64,000 nt of DNA from an uncultured archaeon (GCA_964512235.1 CAZEGD010000002.1:40768-104767), one strand, 5' to 3'. Shown: positions 17,542 through 28,242, counted from the first letter of the stretch. A program made the numbers and translations. The notes: generated by a model not told the origin, from the sequence alone.

Positions 17542-17937
17542 CTATACAAGATATCTAGTACAGGTAGGCTCTCTAAAGTAAAAGACGTCTATGCACTTTT
17601 TGTCGCCGTTCCCTATCCCATCCTGCGTCTTCAGCAGCTTCAAAGTCCACTCGTACATTGTGCTCAACGTAGGGATCAAATAGCTTAGAAAAAATGTCTT
17701 CCCTTCTGAGGGGTTTATATATTTCTGGAGTTCAGCGTCAATTATAGAAATGCGCTCTTTGAGCCCGTCCAGATTCTTCCTGTCCTTCTCAAGCATGCTT
17801 ATTGCATCTTTTATTGTCACGTAGGAAAAGGGTATTGATACTATGTTGTCAATGGCGTTTTCGCAACATGTATGGCATTCTTTCACATCTGCGGCGATTC
17901 TTTCAAGTTCTTCTTTCTCTGAAGGCATGGTTATCAA
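17542..17937 (-). CDS. Hypothetical protein (131 aa) with a CHTCC motif
   Basis: ORF in the operon. Confidence 0.5.
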   Translation of the reverse strand: MITMPSEKEELERIAADVKECHTCCENAIDNIVSIPFSYVTIKDAISMLEKDRKNLDGLKERISIIDAELQKYINPSEGKTFFLSYLIPTLSTMYEWTLKLLKTQDGIGNGDKKCIDVFYFREPTCTRYLV

Positions 17938-18012
17938 ATATTGATGATGTTAGAGAAATTTAAGTTTGTCATTCTCTTCCTTGGTTGATATTTTCTTTCA
18001 GAATTTTCTTTT

Positions 18013-18438
18013 CTAAAGTGAATCTTTGAATATTCCTTCGTGAAAGACCAAACCCGAAGAAAGTGCAATCATTGGATTGCCTTCACTTCTTTTGACGATT
18101 GTACCTTTGCCCACTCTTCCGTAACCGGTCTTTTCCATAAGTGCCTGGTACGCGCTTCTATAGTCGGTCTCACCATTATTATCTGAAGGAACATCTTTAA
18201 CAAGATAATAAGACATTATTTTATCTTCCGTGGGAGTTATTGGTATGTAGCATACTGCTACTGTACTACCCGCAACGTAGACTAAGTGTTTATCTATAGG
18301 ATCGTCAGGCCACCAATCCCTAACCAATACTTCTTTAGAAATTTTTACACCGGAAAGTTCCTCTTTTCTAAATCCTTTGATAAATTCTAAGAATTGCACG
18401 GGTTCTATTGTAATTTCTTCGATTTCCATACTAAACAA
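18013..18438 (-). CDS. Hypothetical protein (141 aa), first gene of the operon
   Basis: ORF; likely start at MEIEEITIEP. Confidence 0.5.
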   Translation of the reverse strand: MFSMEIEEITIEPVQFLEFIKGFRKEELSGVKISKEVLVRDWWPDDPIDKHLVYVAGSTVAVCYIPITPTEDKIMSYYLVKDVPSDNNGETDYRSAYQALMEKTGYGRVGKGTIVKRSEGNPMIALSSGLVFHEGIFKDSL

Positions 18439-18572
18439 AAGAAATAATAGAAATTTATCCTTTACTGTCTGATGATTATCGGTTGCTTCTAAATCTACAA
18501 TTGGTGGGATTTGAAAGATTTAGGTCTGCCTTGAACATTGGAATTTTTAATATCCAATACTCAGAATTATTT

Positions 18573-19061
18573 AATATGGATATGAAACCTAGGAAGATTG
18601 CAAAGCTTGTTGTATTCATATTGTTGTGCGAATTTGCAGGCATAGTCGGCTCCTTTTTTACAACTCCTTCTATAGGGACATGGTATGCTACTCTGCAAAA
18701 GCCGTGGTTCACGCCTCCTAACTGGCTGTTCGGTCCTGTCTGGATTACGCTTTATTTCCTCATGGGAGTATCTCTCTATTTTGTCTGGGAGAAAGGACTG
18801 AAAAAGAAAAATGTGAAGATGTCTTTGTATATATTCGGGATGCAGCTGGCGTTGAACGCTCTCTGGTCTATTCTGTTCTTCGGGTTGCAATCTCCTCTAT
18901 ACGGATTTGTAGAAATAGTCGCCCTTTGGATTGTAATAGCAGTCATCATTTTCAAGTTCTACAAAGTTTCAAAGAAAGCCGCAATTCTGCTCATGCCATA
19001 CATAGCATGGGTAACGATTGCTACTGCTTTGAATTACTATGTGCTGATACTCAATCCATAA
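18573..19061 (+). CDS. tspO: TspO/MBR family tryptophan-rich sensory protein
   Basis: 5 TM; W-rich motifs YATLQKPWFTPPNWLFGPVW and LNALWSILFF; start taken at MDMKPRK, while the ORF-track start is 18483. Confidence 0.8.
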   Translation, partial: NMDMKPRKIAKLVVFILLCEFAGIVGSFFTTPSIGTWYATLQKPWFTPPNWLFGPVWITLYFLMGVSLYFVWEKGLKKKNVKMSLYIFGMQLALNALWSILFFGLQSPLYGFVEIVALWIVIAVIIFKFYKVSKKAAILLMPYIAWVTIATALNYYVLILNP

Positions 19062-19067
19062 TGCTGT

Positions 19068-19508
19068 CTATATAACCAAATCTGAGGACTCTTTCTTCAC
19101 AAATGGTAGATAATCTTCTGTTTCTAAGAAATGTTCGTCAAAATCTGCATTGTTTGATTCTTCCTCGCAAGTGTAGACTAAGAAGTATATCTTATCTCTC
19201 TCGTCAAAGGCAATAAGATAGCCCGAAAGTCCTATGCCATCGCTTTCGCCGGTAGAATGTGTAGAATTTTCGAATCCTAAAAACTCAAAAAATGAGGGTG
19301 TATAAGAATAGCTTAGGTTTTTGAGCATGAGGCAAAACCTGTAATAGAGATTCAATCTGTTTTTACTAACGACAAAGTTTGTATGGCCTACTTCGTATCC
19401 AATCATATTGGTTTGTCTAACGTCGTATTCATTTATAATCTTCTTGAAGAATTTTTTAGATTTCTTGATAAATTCATCGCTTGGATCTCCTGCTGTGCGT
19501 ATTTTCAT
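19068..19508 (-). CDS. Hypothetical protein (146 aa)
   Basis: ORF only. Confidence 0.45.
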   Translation of the reverse strand: MKIRTAGDPSDEFIKKSKKFFKKIINEYDVRQTNMIGYEVGHTNFVVSKNRLNLYYRFCLMLKNLSYSYTPSFFEFLGFENSTHSTGESDGIGLSGYLIAFDERDKIYFLVYTCEEESNNADFDEHFLETEDYLPFVKKESSDLVI

Positions 19509-19616
19509 AGTACATTCAATGGCCTTTAAAAATTTAAGTCTAATTCAAAGGTTGAAGATTTAAATTGAGTGGGTTGTGATTTAAATTCCTAGCAGACTTA
19601 ATTATTTGGGGGTAGC

Positions 19617-20915
19617 TTGGAAAAAGTTGTTATCGTTGGCGCTGGTCCTGCCGGTCTGTTTGCTGCAGACGAACTCATAAATCATGCTTATGATGTGACT
19701 GTCATTGATAGAATGAGCAAGGTTGGTGGTCAGGGTCTAAATATAGACGGGAAATTCAATTTCCATCCAAAAATTGGTGGCGACCTGACACAATTCCTTC
19801 CTGTCCGAGATGCCTGGAAAGTAATAAGCAAAATTGAAAAGAGATTTGAAAAGTATGGTGAGGCCGACACTTATTATGACGAGGTAAAACTGGACGAGTT
19901 AAAGCAAAGATCGATTCAGGCAGGAATAGATTTTGTAAGGATAAAACAGAAGCATATCGGCTCAGACTTATTACCGTTCATAATGGATGGGTTCAGAAGA
20001 GACCTAGAAGATGGTGGTGTAGAATTTAGATTGAAGACGAATGTCCAAGACTTGGTACAGAACAATGGATTGATAAAAAGGGTGGTTACAAATAACGGCG
20101 ACTTGAGTTGTGACTATGTAATTATTGCTTCCGGTAGATCCGGTTATCCTTGGTTGAGAGACCAGTGTAAAAAACTCGGGTTGATGGTAAAGTCGAATCC
20201 GCTGGATGTCGGTGTCAGGGTTGAAGTTAGGAACGAAGTCTTTAAAGAGATAGTTGAAGACTATAAATGCCACGACCCCAAGTTTCATATATTCACGCCC
20301 GGCTACGAAGACTTTGTAAGAACTTTTTGTGTATGTTATAACGGATTCGTCACAAAAGAGCCCTATGGTGGGTTGTACGGTGTGAATGGACATTCCCATT
20401 CGAGCCGAGGAAGTCATTCGAACAATACAAATTTCGCACTTCTAGTTACGAGAGTACTCACGGAACCTGCATCGGATACGACTGAAGTTGGTGAAAGGCT
20501 GATGCAATTGGGAAATTCGTGGGCAGGTAAAAGACCGCTCATACAAAAGCTTGGTGACATTAAAAAGCATAGGAGATCTACACTGAGTAGGATTAGGAAA
20601 AGTTATGTGACTCCGACTCTGAAAGATGCCACGCCTGGCGATATATCGTCTGCGCTAGACTATAGAACTTTCTACAATATTTTAGAAGGACTTAAGATGC
20701 TTGACAGAGTTGTCCCTGGGGTAAATTCAGATCACACATTACTGTATGCGCCGGAAATCAAATTCTACGCGAGCAAAGTGGATACTAATGGCCTGTTACA
20801 GACGAAAATAAAAAACCTCTACGTCGCTGGTGATGGTGCTGGTGTTTCCCGCGGTATAGTGGGTGCAGCCGCCACGGGCATGATTGCAGCAAAAGGAATA
20901 AAGGAACTCAACTAA
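19617..20915 (+). CDS. FAD-dependent oxidoreductase (COG2509-like)
   Basis: TTG start; N-terminal Rossmann VVIVGAGPAGLFAA; C-terminal GDGAG..RGIVGAA motif. Confidence 0.75.
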   Translation: MEKVVIVGAGPAGLFAADELINHAYDVTVIDRMSKVGGQGLNIDGKFNFHPKIGGDLTQFLPVRDAWKVISKIEKRFEKYGEADTYYDEVKLDELKQRSIQAGIDFVRIKQKHIGSDLLPFIMDGFRRDLEDGGVEFRLKTNVQDLVQNNGLIKRVVTNNGDLSCDYVIIASGRSGYPWLRDQCKKLGLMVKSNPLDVGVRVEVRNEVFKEIVEDYKCHDPKFHIFTPGYEDFVRTFCVCYNGFVTKEPYGGLYGVNGHSHSSRGSHSNNTNFALLVTRVLTEPASDTTEVGERLMQLGNSWAGKRPLIQKLGDIKKHRRSTLSRIRKSYVTPTLKDATPGDISSALDYRTFYNILEGLKMLDRVVPGVNSDHTLLYAPEIKFYASKVDTNGLLQTKIKNLYVAGDGAGVSRGIVGAAATGMIAAKGIKELN

Positions 20916-20957
20916 AGAATTAGAAATGGGAGCGTTAACTGCTCATCATTCAATTTC

Positions 20958-21389
20958 TTACCTTCTGCGCCTTCTTTTCGGCCGTTTGGCTTTTTTCATC
21001 GGCTTCTTCATTTTCGCTTTTCCCATCAAAGGCAGTTTGAAAGCTGCAAGTACTATGTAACCGACTATGGACCAAATGAAGACGTCTGCTACGAAGTTCT
21101 GCCATATCACGGACTTGACTGGGAATTGGACTACGGCTTGCCTGAGCCAAGGCAGTACATATCCCCAATAGACTGCACCGACCCACGGATGACTGATGAA
21201 TTGGACATCGGGCAATTCACCCACTATGTTCGAATTCACCCACATGCCGCTTACAGTCGTCACCACCAGCCCTATCAGGATCGAGAAGGCTATTCTTCTG
21301 TCAATCAACTTTGATATCATAGAAATAATATCGGAATTTCGGCTTAAAAGCGAGTAATCATTATACGAACTACTTATTTTCTTGCGCAC
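20958..21389 (-). CDS. Membrane protein with an Arg/Lys-rich C-terminal tail
   Basis: 3 TM; tail KKPMKKAKRPKRRRRR. Confidence 0.45.
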   Translation of the reverse strand: MRKKISSSYNDYSLLSRNSDIISMISKLIDRRIAFSILIGLVVTTVSGMWVNSNIVGELPDVQFISHPWVGAVYWGYVLPWLRQAVVQFPVKSVIWQNFVADVFIWSIVGYIVLAAFKLPLMGKAKMKKPMKKAKRPKRRRRR

Positions 21390-21400
21390 AATAATTATCT

Positions 21401-22249
21401 ATGACTTATGAAGAGAAGCCAGAAGATGATGGTATGGTAGAAGCGATGAAAAAGTTAGATACGGAGCTGAAGCTGCGCGGGTTTTCACCGCAGACAGCGA
21501 AGATGTACAACTTCTACAATGAAAAGTTTTTGAAATTTGCAAACAAGCAACCCATGCAAATAACGGAAGATGATGTGAAGTCGTTCATTGCAGACAGGCT
21601 ATCGAATGGCATATCCCCAAAGTCAGTCGTGCTCATGAGGTCTGCGCTGAAGTTCTACTACGATGAGGTATTGAACAGGGGTGTTGTGAACATAAAGACA
21701 CCGAAAGTATCGCGCAAACTGCCCATAGTGCTGACGCATGAAGAAGTGAAACTTTTGATAGATTCTGTGAAAAGAAAGAAGCACAAGCTCATGGTCATGG
21801 TGCTGTATTCTTCCGGCCTGCGCGTGAGCGAGCTTGTGAACTTGAAGATTGGAGATTTGGAGATTGACCAAAAGATTGGTTGGGTGCGCAGCGGCAAGGG
21901 TGCAAAGGATAGGATGTTCATAATTTCCGAGAAGATTGTCAACAGGTTGAAGAGTTATACAAAGGGTAGAGGCAAGGATGAATATGTCTTTGCCGGTCAT
22001 AATGGTAGACTGACTACGCGCAGCGTGCAGAAAGCAATAGCAAGCACGGCAAAGCGCGCGGGTATAGACAAAAGAGTGACACCGCATGTACTTAGGCATA
22101 CCTTTGCCACGCATATGCTAGAGTCTGGTGTGGATTTGAGAAAGATACAGATGCTTCTGGGGCATTCGCAGCTGAGTACGACTCAACTGTACTTGAGCGT
22201 ATCGAACAAGGAATTGAAAATGGTAAAGAGTCCTCTGGATGAATTATAG
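21401..22249 (+). CDS. xerA: Tyrosine recombinase XerA (XerC/D family)
   Basis: R..HxxR..Y catalytic set: LRVSEL, HVLRHTFATHML, GHSQLSTTQLYLSV. Confidence 0.88.
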   Translation: MTYEEKPEDDGMVEAMKKLDTELKLRGFSPQTAKMYNFYNEKFLKFANKQPMQITEDDVKSFIADRLSNGISPKSVVLMRSALKFYYDEVLNRGVVNIKTPKVSRKLPIVLTHEEVKLLIDSVKRKKHKLMVMVLYSSGLRVSELVNLKIGDLEIDQKIGWVRSGKGAKDRMFIISEKIVNRLKSYTKGRGKDEYVFAGHNGRLTTRSVQKAIASTAKRAGIDKRVTPHVLRHTFATHMLESGVDLRKIQMLLGHSQLSTTQLYLSVSNKELKMVKSPLDEL

Positions 22250-22254
22250 AAATC

Positions 22255-22536
22255 TTATTTTATCTTGTTGAGGCGCATCATCACTCCTTCCATGGAATGC
22301 GCCAGCTCATCGCCAGTAGCAGTGAGCTTGACTATCTTTATGCGTCCGCGTTTTTCGAATTCAACGAGTCCCATCTTTTTAAAGCTGTTCAAAAGCTTGA
22401 CTGTGTGCGAATAAGTGCAATCTATCTCCTTGGAAAGTATAGTGGCATACTTGGGTTCTTCCCTCAAACTTGTCAGTAACTTCACTGGCTTCGGCCTTAA
22501 GAACACCCTGATTGTGTATTTTTCCTTGTTGGCCAT
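22255..22536 (-). CDS. Winged-helix (ArsR/MarR-like) transcription regulator
   Basis: KYATILSKEIDCTYSHTVKLLNSFKKMGLVEF pattern. Confidence 0.55.
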   Translation of the reverse strand: MANKEKYTIRVFLRPKPVKLLTSLREEPKYATILSKEIDCTYSHTVKLLNSFKKMGLVEFEKRGRIKIVKLTATGDELAHSMEGVMMRLNKIK

Positions 22537-22763
22537 GGAAAACACCTAATAAAGTAATCACATCGGACATATTTATACCTTACAATATATTCTTTGGATA
22601 ATATGTTTTTTAAAATAGCTACTGACATATAGACATATCGATTGTCCATGCTGACTGTTGAATTGTAGATAATGTTGAATGCCAAATCGCAGGCATGAAC
22701 AGTGGAAAAACTTATTTCTTTAATCAACGATTAATTAATCGTTTGCATTCTTTAAAGTGGTGG

Positions 22764-23612
22764 ATGACTATGATTTATGTCCGAGCGCCCGTAGTGGCTG
22801 GAACGTTTTACGATTTGGAGCCTGCAAGGCTTAAGAAGCAGATAAGTGGCTGCTTTAACCATCCGCTTGGGCCAAAGAGAGAAGAATCAAAAGAAGATAT
22901 GGTTGCTGCCATAGCCCCGCACGCTGGCTACATATATTCAGGTGCTGTACAGGCATGGACATACTCGCAAATGAAAAAGGCGAATTACATAATAATAGGA
23001 CCGAACCATAGCGGGTTTGGCTCGCAGTTTGCAATCATGAAAAATGGTTTATGGAAGACGCCCCTAGGCGGGATAGCTATAGACGAGGCTTTTGCAAGCA
23101 AATTGATTGATGCATGCAAACTGATAAAGCAGGATGCTATCCCGCACCAGAGCGAGCATAGCATAGAAGTGCAGTTGCCATTCCTGCAATATAAATTTGG
23201 TGATGATTTCAAGTTCGTGCCATTGTGCATCCTAAACGATTTCCCGGACGATGGATTTTTAGAAAGCTGTAGAGTTGTTGGTGAAGCTATAGCTAAAGCT
23301 GTTAAACGCTCGAAGAAAAAATGGATTCTGATTGCAAGCTCAGACTTTTCACACTACATTCCGCAAGAGCAGGCTATGGAGACTGACAATAAAGTGATAA
23401 ACGCTATAAAGAAACTTGACGAGAGACTCTTCTTCCGAAGAGTGCAGCAGATGCAGGCAAGTGTATGCGGTTATGGGCCTATAGCGATAACGATGATTGC
23501 GGCGAAGGCTCTAGGTGCAAAGAAAGCTAAGCTGCTCAAGTATGCAACCTCAGGTGATGTGACTGGCGACATAGGGTCAGTGGTCGGCTATGCATCAGTT
23601 ACAATGTACTAA
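22764..23612 (+). CDS. MEMO1-family protein (AmmeMemoRadiSam system protein B, COG1355)
   Basis: AGTFY...HAGYIYSG...GPNHSG...HSIEVQLPFLQY...SDFSHY motifs. Confidence 0.85.
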   Translation: MTMIYVRAPVVAGTFYDLEPARLKKQISGCFNHPLGPKREESKEDMVAAIAPHAGYIYSGAVQAWTYSQMKKANYIIIGPNHSGFGSQFAIMKNGLWKTPLGGIAIDEAFASKLIDACKLIKQDAIPHQSEHSIEVQLPFLQYKFGDDFKFVPLCILNDFPDDGFLESCRVVGEAIAKAVKRSKKKWILIASSDFSHYIPQEQAMETDNKVINAIKKLDERLFFRRVQQMQASVCGYGPIAITMIAAKALGAKKAKLLKYATSGDVTGDIGSVVGYASVTMY

Positions 23613-23644
23613 ATTTATTATTCAATGACCAATTCTCTAATTGT

Positions 23645-25312
23645 ATGGAAGATACGATTTTGAAGCATACTCTGATCAATGCAGTGGAACATGGTGGAAA
23701 GGCAAGAGTAGGTGCTGTGCTGGGCAGAATAATAGCCGAGAGCTTGGGGTTCAAGTCAAAGATAGAAGAGATTACTCCAGAGATAAAGAAGGCTGTGGAT
23801 GAAGTCAATTCTTGGGATCTGAAGAAGCAGAAAGCGCAGATGAAGAAGATGAAAATAAAGATTGAGAAGAAAGTAGAAAAAGTCGGGCTACCACCATTGC
23901 CGAAAGCCAAGAAAGGCAAAGTTGTCATGCGACTAGCCCCTTATCCATCCGGCCCTCTACATATCGGCAATGCAAGAATGGTGCTGCTGAATGATGAATA
24001 CGTCAAACGCTACAAAGGGAAGCTGTTGCTGATATTTGACGATACAATTGGGTCGGAGAAAAAATTCGTCATTCCCGAAGCCTACAAACTGATTGAAGAT
24101 GGATTAAAATGGTTGGGTGTTAAGACGGGCAAGCCATTGTACAAGTCTGACAGGTTGAAGATCTTCTACAAGTATGCCAAGCAGATGCTCAAACGTGACA
24201 TAGCTTACGTGTGCACTTGTCCATCAGATGTGCTTAGGAAGAATAGGCGTGACGGCGTTGAGTGTGGTTGCCGCAGCCTGAAGCCAGAGGAGAATCTTGG
24301 CAGGTGGAGGAAGATGCTTGGAGGAAAATATAAAGAAGGTGAGGCTGTTGTCAGGTTGAAGACGGACATGAAGCATACGAACCCGGCTTTTCGTGACCGC
24401 GTGTTGTTGAGGATAGCTGACAGAAAGCATCCGCGTGTAGGCAAGAAGTACAGAGTATGGCCGATGCTTGAATTCTCATGGGCGATAGATGACCACGAGC
24501 TTGGAGTTACGCATGTGCTTAGAGGCAAAGACCTTGTTATAGAGGATATGATGGAGGATTTCATATGGGAAAAGATGGGATGGGAGAAGGCAGAATTTGT
24601 CCATTATGGGATGCTTAACATAAAGGATGTGAAACTGAGCAAGACTAAGTCAAGAATCGCAATAGAGAATGGAAAATACAGCGGATGGGACGACCCGAGG
24701 ACTTGGTCTATGCAGTCCCTAAGCAAGCGGGGGATATTACCAAAAGCGGTTAGAAACTTTATCATAGGGTTAGGTATGAGCCTGGCGGACATTGTAATGC
24801 CGACGGAGATATTGTATGCCGAGAACAGAAAGTTTATAGACGCAAAGGCCAACCGCTATTTTGCCGTGCTCGATCCAATCAATCTACCTATAAGGAATGC
24901 GCCTAAAGTCAAAAGTGCCAAAGCATTATTGCATCCGGACTTCCCGAGGCATGGCAGCAGAAGGATTCCTGTGAATAGTAGCAAAATCTATGTCGAGCGT
25001 GAAGATTTTGAAAGGTTTTATGGCAAAAACGTAGGGCTCATGAGCCTCTATACGATAAATATGAAGAGGGAGAAGGGCAAGGCTGATTTTGTTTCTAAAA
25101 AGATAAGACTAGAGGATAGAAAGGTACATTGGGTCTCAGAGCCGAATGTGAAGGTAAAAATAGTTATGCCAGACGGTGGCGTGCATAAAGCCATAGCTGA
25201 GCCTGGAATTAAGAAAGTTAAGGCTGGAGATGTCATACAGTTTGTCCGAGTAGGCTTCTGCCGTGTCGAAAAGACCAAGAAGGAAACAGTTTTATACTTT
25301 GCTCATAAATAA
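23645..25312 (+). CDS. gltX: Glutamyl-tRNA synthetase (archaeal/eukaryotic type)
   Basis: HIGH motif PSGPLHIGNAR; LNDEYVKRYKGKLLLIFDDT; KMSKS-region; 555 aa. Confidence 0.9.
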   Translation: MEDTILKHTLINAVEHGGKARVGAVLGRIIAESLGFKSKIEEITPEIKKAVDEVNSWDLKKQKAQMKKMKIKIEKKVEKVGLPPLPKAKKGKVVMRLAPYPSGPLHIGNARMVLLNDEYVKRYKGKLLLIFDDTIGSEKKFVIPEAYKLIEDGLKWLGVKTGKPLYKSDRLKIFYKYAKQMLKRDIAYVCTCPSDVLRKNRRDGVECGCRSLKPEENLGRWRKMLGGKYKEGEAVVRLKTDMKHTNPAFRDRVLLRIADRKHPRVGKKYRVWPMLEFSWAIDDHELGVTHVLRGKDLVIEDMMEDFIWEKMGWEKAEFVHYGMLNIKDVKLSKTKSRIAIENGKYSGWDDPRTWSMQSLSKRGILPKAVRNFIIGLGMSLADIVMPTEILYAENRKFIDAKANRYFAVLDPINLPIRNAPKVKSAKALLHPDFPRHGSRRIPVNSSKIYVEREDFERFYGKNVGLMSLYTINMKREKGKADFVSKKIRLEDRKVHWVSEPNVKVKIVMPDGGVHKAIAEPGIKKVKAGDVIQFVRVGFCRVEKTKKETVLYFAHK

Positions 25313-25357
25313 CTTTAAGAAGTAAGAAAGCCGATATGGAATTGCCAATGTGATGTT

Positions 25358-25720
25358 ATGGTAGATAAATTCAAAGTCCCGAAAGAGCTTGCAGATAAGG
25401 TATTGCAGCTTGTAGAGATGGCAAAGAATACAGGACAGACTAGAAAGGGGATGAATGAAGCCACCAAGTCTGTGGAGCGTGGCGAAGCCAAGTTGGTGGT
25501 GATAGCTGAAGATGTGGAACCGCCAGAGATAGTGATGCATCTACCGCCCCTCTGCAATGAAAAGAAGGTTCCATATGTATATGTGCCAAGCAAGATGGAA
25601 CTTGGAAGGGCTGCTGGGATAGATGTCCCTTCGGCTGCAATATCCGTAGCCGAAGTCGGAGAAGGAAAGAACTTAATTAAAGATGTGCTGAAGCAGATAA
25701 AGGCAGCTAAGGGAGATTGA
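25358..25720 (+). CDS. rpl7ae: 50S ribosomal protein L7Ae
   Basis: 120 aa; [26 protein letters not shown]...VPYVYVPSK signature. Confidence 0.95.
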   Translation: MVDKFKVPKELADKVLQLVEMAKNTGQTRKGMNEATKSVERGEAKLVVIAEDVEPPEIVMHLPPLCNEKKVPYVYVPSKMELGRAAGIDVPSAAISVAEVGEGKNLIKDVLKQIKAAKGD

Positions 25721-25941
25721 AGGCGATTCTTGTGGTTGATGCTTATCCTGCCGAAGTATTACAATTACTGGGACGTACTGGCGTACGCGGTGTTGCACAA
25801 GTGCGATGCCGTGTTATCGACGGACCAGACAAGGGAAAGATACTGGTGAGAAATGTCATTGGACCAGTAAGGTTGAATGACATACTTATGCTCAGGGAGA
25901 CAGAGATGGAAAGTGCTGGAAGGATGGAAAGGAAAAAGTAG
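25717..25941 (+). CDS. rps28e: 30S ribosomal protein S28e
   Basis: TTG start overlapping the L7Ae stop; [39 protein letters not shown]. Confidence 0.9.
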   Translation: MKAILVVDAYPAEVLQLLGRTGVRGVAQVRCRVIDGPDKGKILVRNVIGPVRLNDILMLRETEMESAGRMERKK

Positions 25942-25949
25942 TGTTGCGT

Positions 25950-26117
25950 ATGAAATGCTCTTTTTGTAAAAAGACTATAAACCCAGGGACTGGTAAGATG
26001 TTTGTAAAGACTGATGGTACTGTCTATTTCTGGTGTTCTTCAAAATGCGAGAAGAACTTCGAACTTGGTAGGAACCCGAAGAAAGTCAAGTGGTCCAAAA
26101 AGACTAAAAAGAAGTAA
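25950..26117 (+). CDS. rpl24e: 50S ribosomal protein L24e
   Basis: [37 protein letters not shown] zinc-binding L24e signature; 55 aa. Confidence 0.9.
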   Translation: MKCSFCKKTINPGTGKMFVKTDGTVYFWCSSKCEKNFELGRNPKKVKWSKKTKKK

Positions 26118-26121
26118 ATTT

Positions 26122-26931
26122 TTATTTTAGCTTCATTCTAACTTTAACAATTCCCATAACTATATTGGGATCGTCCTTTGAAAACTTCAAGACAGTACCA
26201 TCGAAGTATCCGAAAGTCGTAGTGATATTATCATAAGATATTTCATCAACTTTTCGAGCAAATTCACTATCGTCAAACTCGGCTTTTACAGATCTTAATC
26301 CCAACCTTTCTTCTAGAGTATGTACATAGTTGTCAAAATCCTTACTCGTTATTTTTCTATCTTTGCTGTCATAAACCACTCTTTCATAGAAAATGAATTC
26401 ACCATCATCATTTAGCATGACAGGAACAGAGACGGGCAACGTAAGATCAAGCGACTGCATGGGACTCTTTGTAAGCCCTTGGAAGGAAAAAAATGCCTTA
26501 TCGGCTAGGGTACCTTTCAGTGTAGTGGCTAGAAACATTGGCATTCCGGAATATGTATAATTGTCCTCTATTAGGACAACCTCATTCAAATCAATATTTG
26601 TCGGATATTGTTTTAAACCCCAATCTACAAATTCACCTTTAATAATTTCTGTAGATAGAGTGTAAAGGTAAGTAGGATAGAATCTTGATGGGATACCCCT
26701 TTTTGAAAGGTTTCTATTCGCATATTTCAATATGTCCGGACTTATGTCGGTGCCAAAGAGTATGCTTTTAGGATACCTATTGTAAAGTTCAGCCAATAGG
26801 TTTCCATTACCAGTACCCAAATCGACTATGACTCCGTCTTCTTTCTCTATTCCGGCAAAATCCACAATGTCCTTATAGACTCCCATTTCTTCAAACTGTT
26901 GGGAAACTTTAATCCAAGCTGGTTTTTTCAT
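26122..26931 (-). CDS. Class I SAM-dependent methyltransferase
   Basis: Motif I VDLGTGNGNL; 269 aa. Confidence 0.7.
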   Translation of the reverse strand: MKKPAWIKVSQQFEEMGVYKDIVDFAGIEKEDGVIVDLGTGNGNLLAELYNRYPKSILFGTDISPDILKYANRNLSKRGIPSRFYPTYLYTLSTEIIKGEFVDWGLKQYPTNIDLNEVVLIEDNYTYSGMPMFLATTLKGTLADKAFFSFQGLTKSPMQSLDLTLPVSVPVMLNDDGEFIFYERVVYDSKDRKITSKDFDNYVHTLEERLGLRSVKAEFDDSEFARKVDEISYDNITTTFGYFDGTVLKFSKDDPNIVMGIVKVRMKLK

Positions 26932-27026
26932 GAGACTAATATTAAAGTAAAAACTTTAAAAGGTTTGAATAAATTAATAGAAGTAATCAAGAGTCTTATA
27001 TTTGAAAACTTGTATTGTTTAAAGAC

Positions 27027-27098
27027 GGGCCGATAGATCAATGGCAGATCGCCACCTTGGCATGGTGGAGGCTCCGGGTTCGAGTCCCGGTCGGTCCA
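27027..27098 (+). tRNA. tRNA-Ala (anticodon GGC)
   Basis: Cloverleaf with G3:U70 alanine identity pair; anticodon loop TTGGCAT; no encoded CCA. Confidence 0.9.
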
Positions 27099-27179
27099 TA
27101 AATTGTAAGCTTTAAAATCTTTTGAATAGATTATTATAGATACTAAAAACCATATTTTAGTGAAAAGGTTGGCGAATAG

Positions 27180-27752
27180 ATGGTAGTAGGAAGAGTTAAA
27201 GACCCTGACAAAGAGAAAGTGGAAGAAGAAGCTGAAGAGAAGAAACCTAAGAAAGCGAAAGTGAAGCCAAAGACAAAAGAACTTCGCGTAGTCGTGCGAC
27301 TAGTCAATACGGACTTGGACGGAGAAAAGAAAGTGCTTTATACAATCAGAAAAATAAAGGGCATAAGCTATTCTATGGCTAAAGCTGTCTGCAATGCTGC
27401 CGGTGTAAATCCTGATGAAAAACTGGGCTCTCTTGACGATAGCTCACTTGCAAAACTCAAATCTGTAATCAAAGAACCTGCCAAGTACGGTATACCTGTG
27501 TGGATTTTGAACAGGAGAAAAGATAGGGAAAGCGGTGTTGATATGCATATGTCTGGTGTAGACATGAAAGTCTCTGAGAAGTTTGACATAAAGGCAATGA
27601 TAGACAAGAAAAGCTACAAGGGTGTGAGACATATGCTGGGACTGCCAGTACGTGGACAACGCACTAAAAGCTCTTTCAGAAAAGGGAAGACTGTTGGTGT
27701 CGTAAGAAAAAAGATGCGGGTAGTTGCAGCAAAAGCTAAAGAAAAGAAGTGA
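27180..27752 (+). CDS. rps13: 30S ribosomal protein S13 with a Lys/Glu-rich N-terminal extension
   Basis: Conserved GIPVWILNRRKDRESG...RGQRTK region. Confidence 0.92.
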   Translation: MVVGRVKDPDKEKVEEEAEEKKPKKAKVKPKTKELRVVVRLVNTDLDGEKKVLYTIRKIKGISYSMAKAVCNAAGVNPDEKLGSLDDSSLAKLKSVIKEPAKYGIPVWILNRRKDRESGVDMHMSGVDMKVSEKFDIKAMIDKKSYKGVRHMLGLPVRGQRTKSSFRKGKTVGVVRKKMRVVAAKAKEKK

Positions 27753-27756
27753 TTGA

Positions 27757-28242
27757 ATGAGAAAGATTAAGAAAAAATACAAAACTCCGGAAAAGATGTG
27801 GAGCAAAGAGAGGATTGAAACGGAAAAAGTTTTAGTAAATGATTTTGGACTTAAAAAGAAAAGGGAAATTTGGAAGGCAGAGACACTGCTTAGAAAATAC
27901 AGACGGCTTGCAAGAAATTTGGCGGCAAAGAAAGACAAAAAGATGGAAAAGGAATTGATAGGAAAGCTGTCTAGGCTCGGGATACTGGAGAAGAGTGCTG
28001 GGTTGGATGATGTACTTGGCATGACTGTAGAGGACATACTCAGCCGCCGGTTGCAGACTATTGTGCATAAACTTGGACTTGCAAACACGCCAAACCAGGC
28101 CAGGCAGCTCATAGTGCATGGCCATGTGACAATCAACAGCAGGAAAATGGCTTACCCTGGCTATCTTGTTCCAAAGGAAAGGGAGAAGGGAATAAAAGTT
28201 ATTTTAACCAAAGGTGAAAAGAAAGAAGCGGTGAGTAAATGA
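27757..28242 (+). CDS. rps4: 30S ribosomal protein S4
   Basis: S4 domain [31 protein letters not shown]. Confidence 0.92.
   Translation: MRKIKKKYKTPEKMWSKERIETEKVLVNDFGLKKKREIWKAETLLRKYRRLARNLAAKKDKKMEKELIGKLSRLGILEKSAGLDDVLGMTVEDILSRRLQTIVHKLGLANTPNQARQLIVHGHVTINSRKMAYPGYLVPKEREKGIKVILTKGEKKEAVSK

Noticed and set aside
21401-22249. Tyrosine recombinase as the integrase of a mobile element
   Set aside because: Sequence is typical chromosomal XerA, flanked by housekeeping genes. No attachment-site repeats or phage-like genes adjacent.
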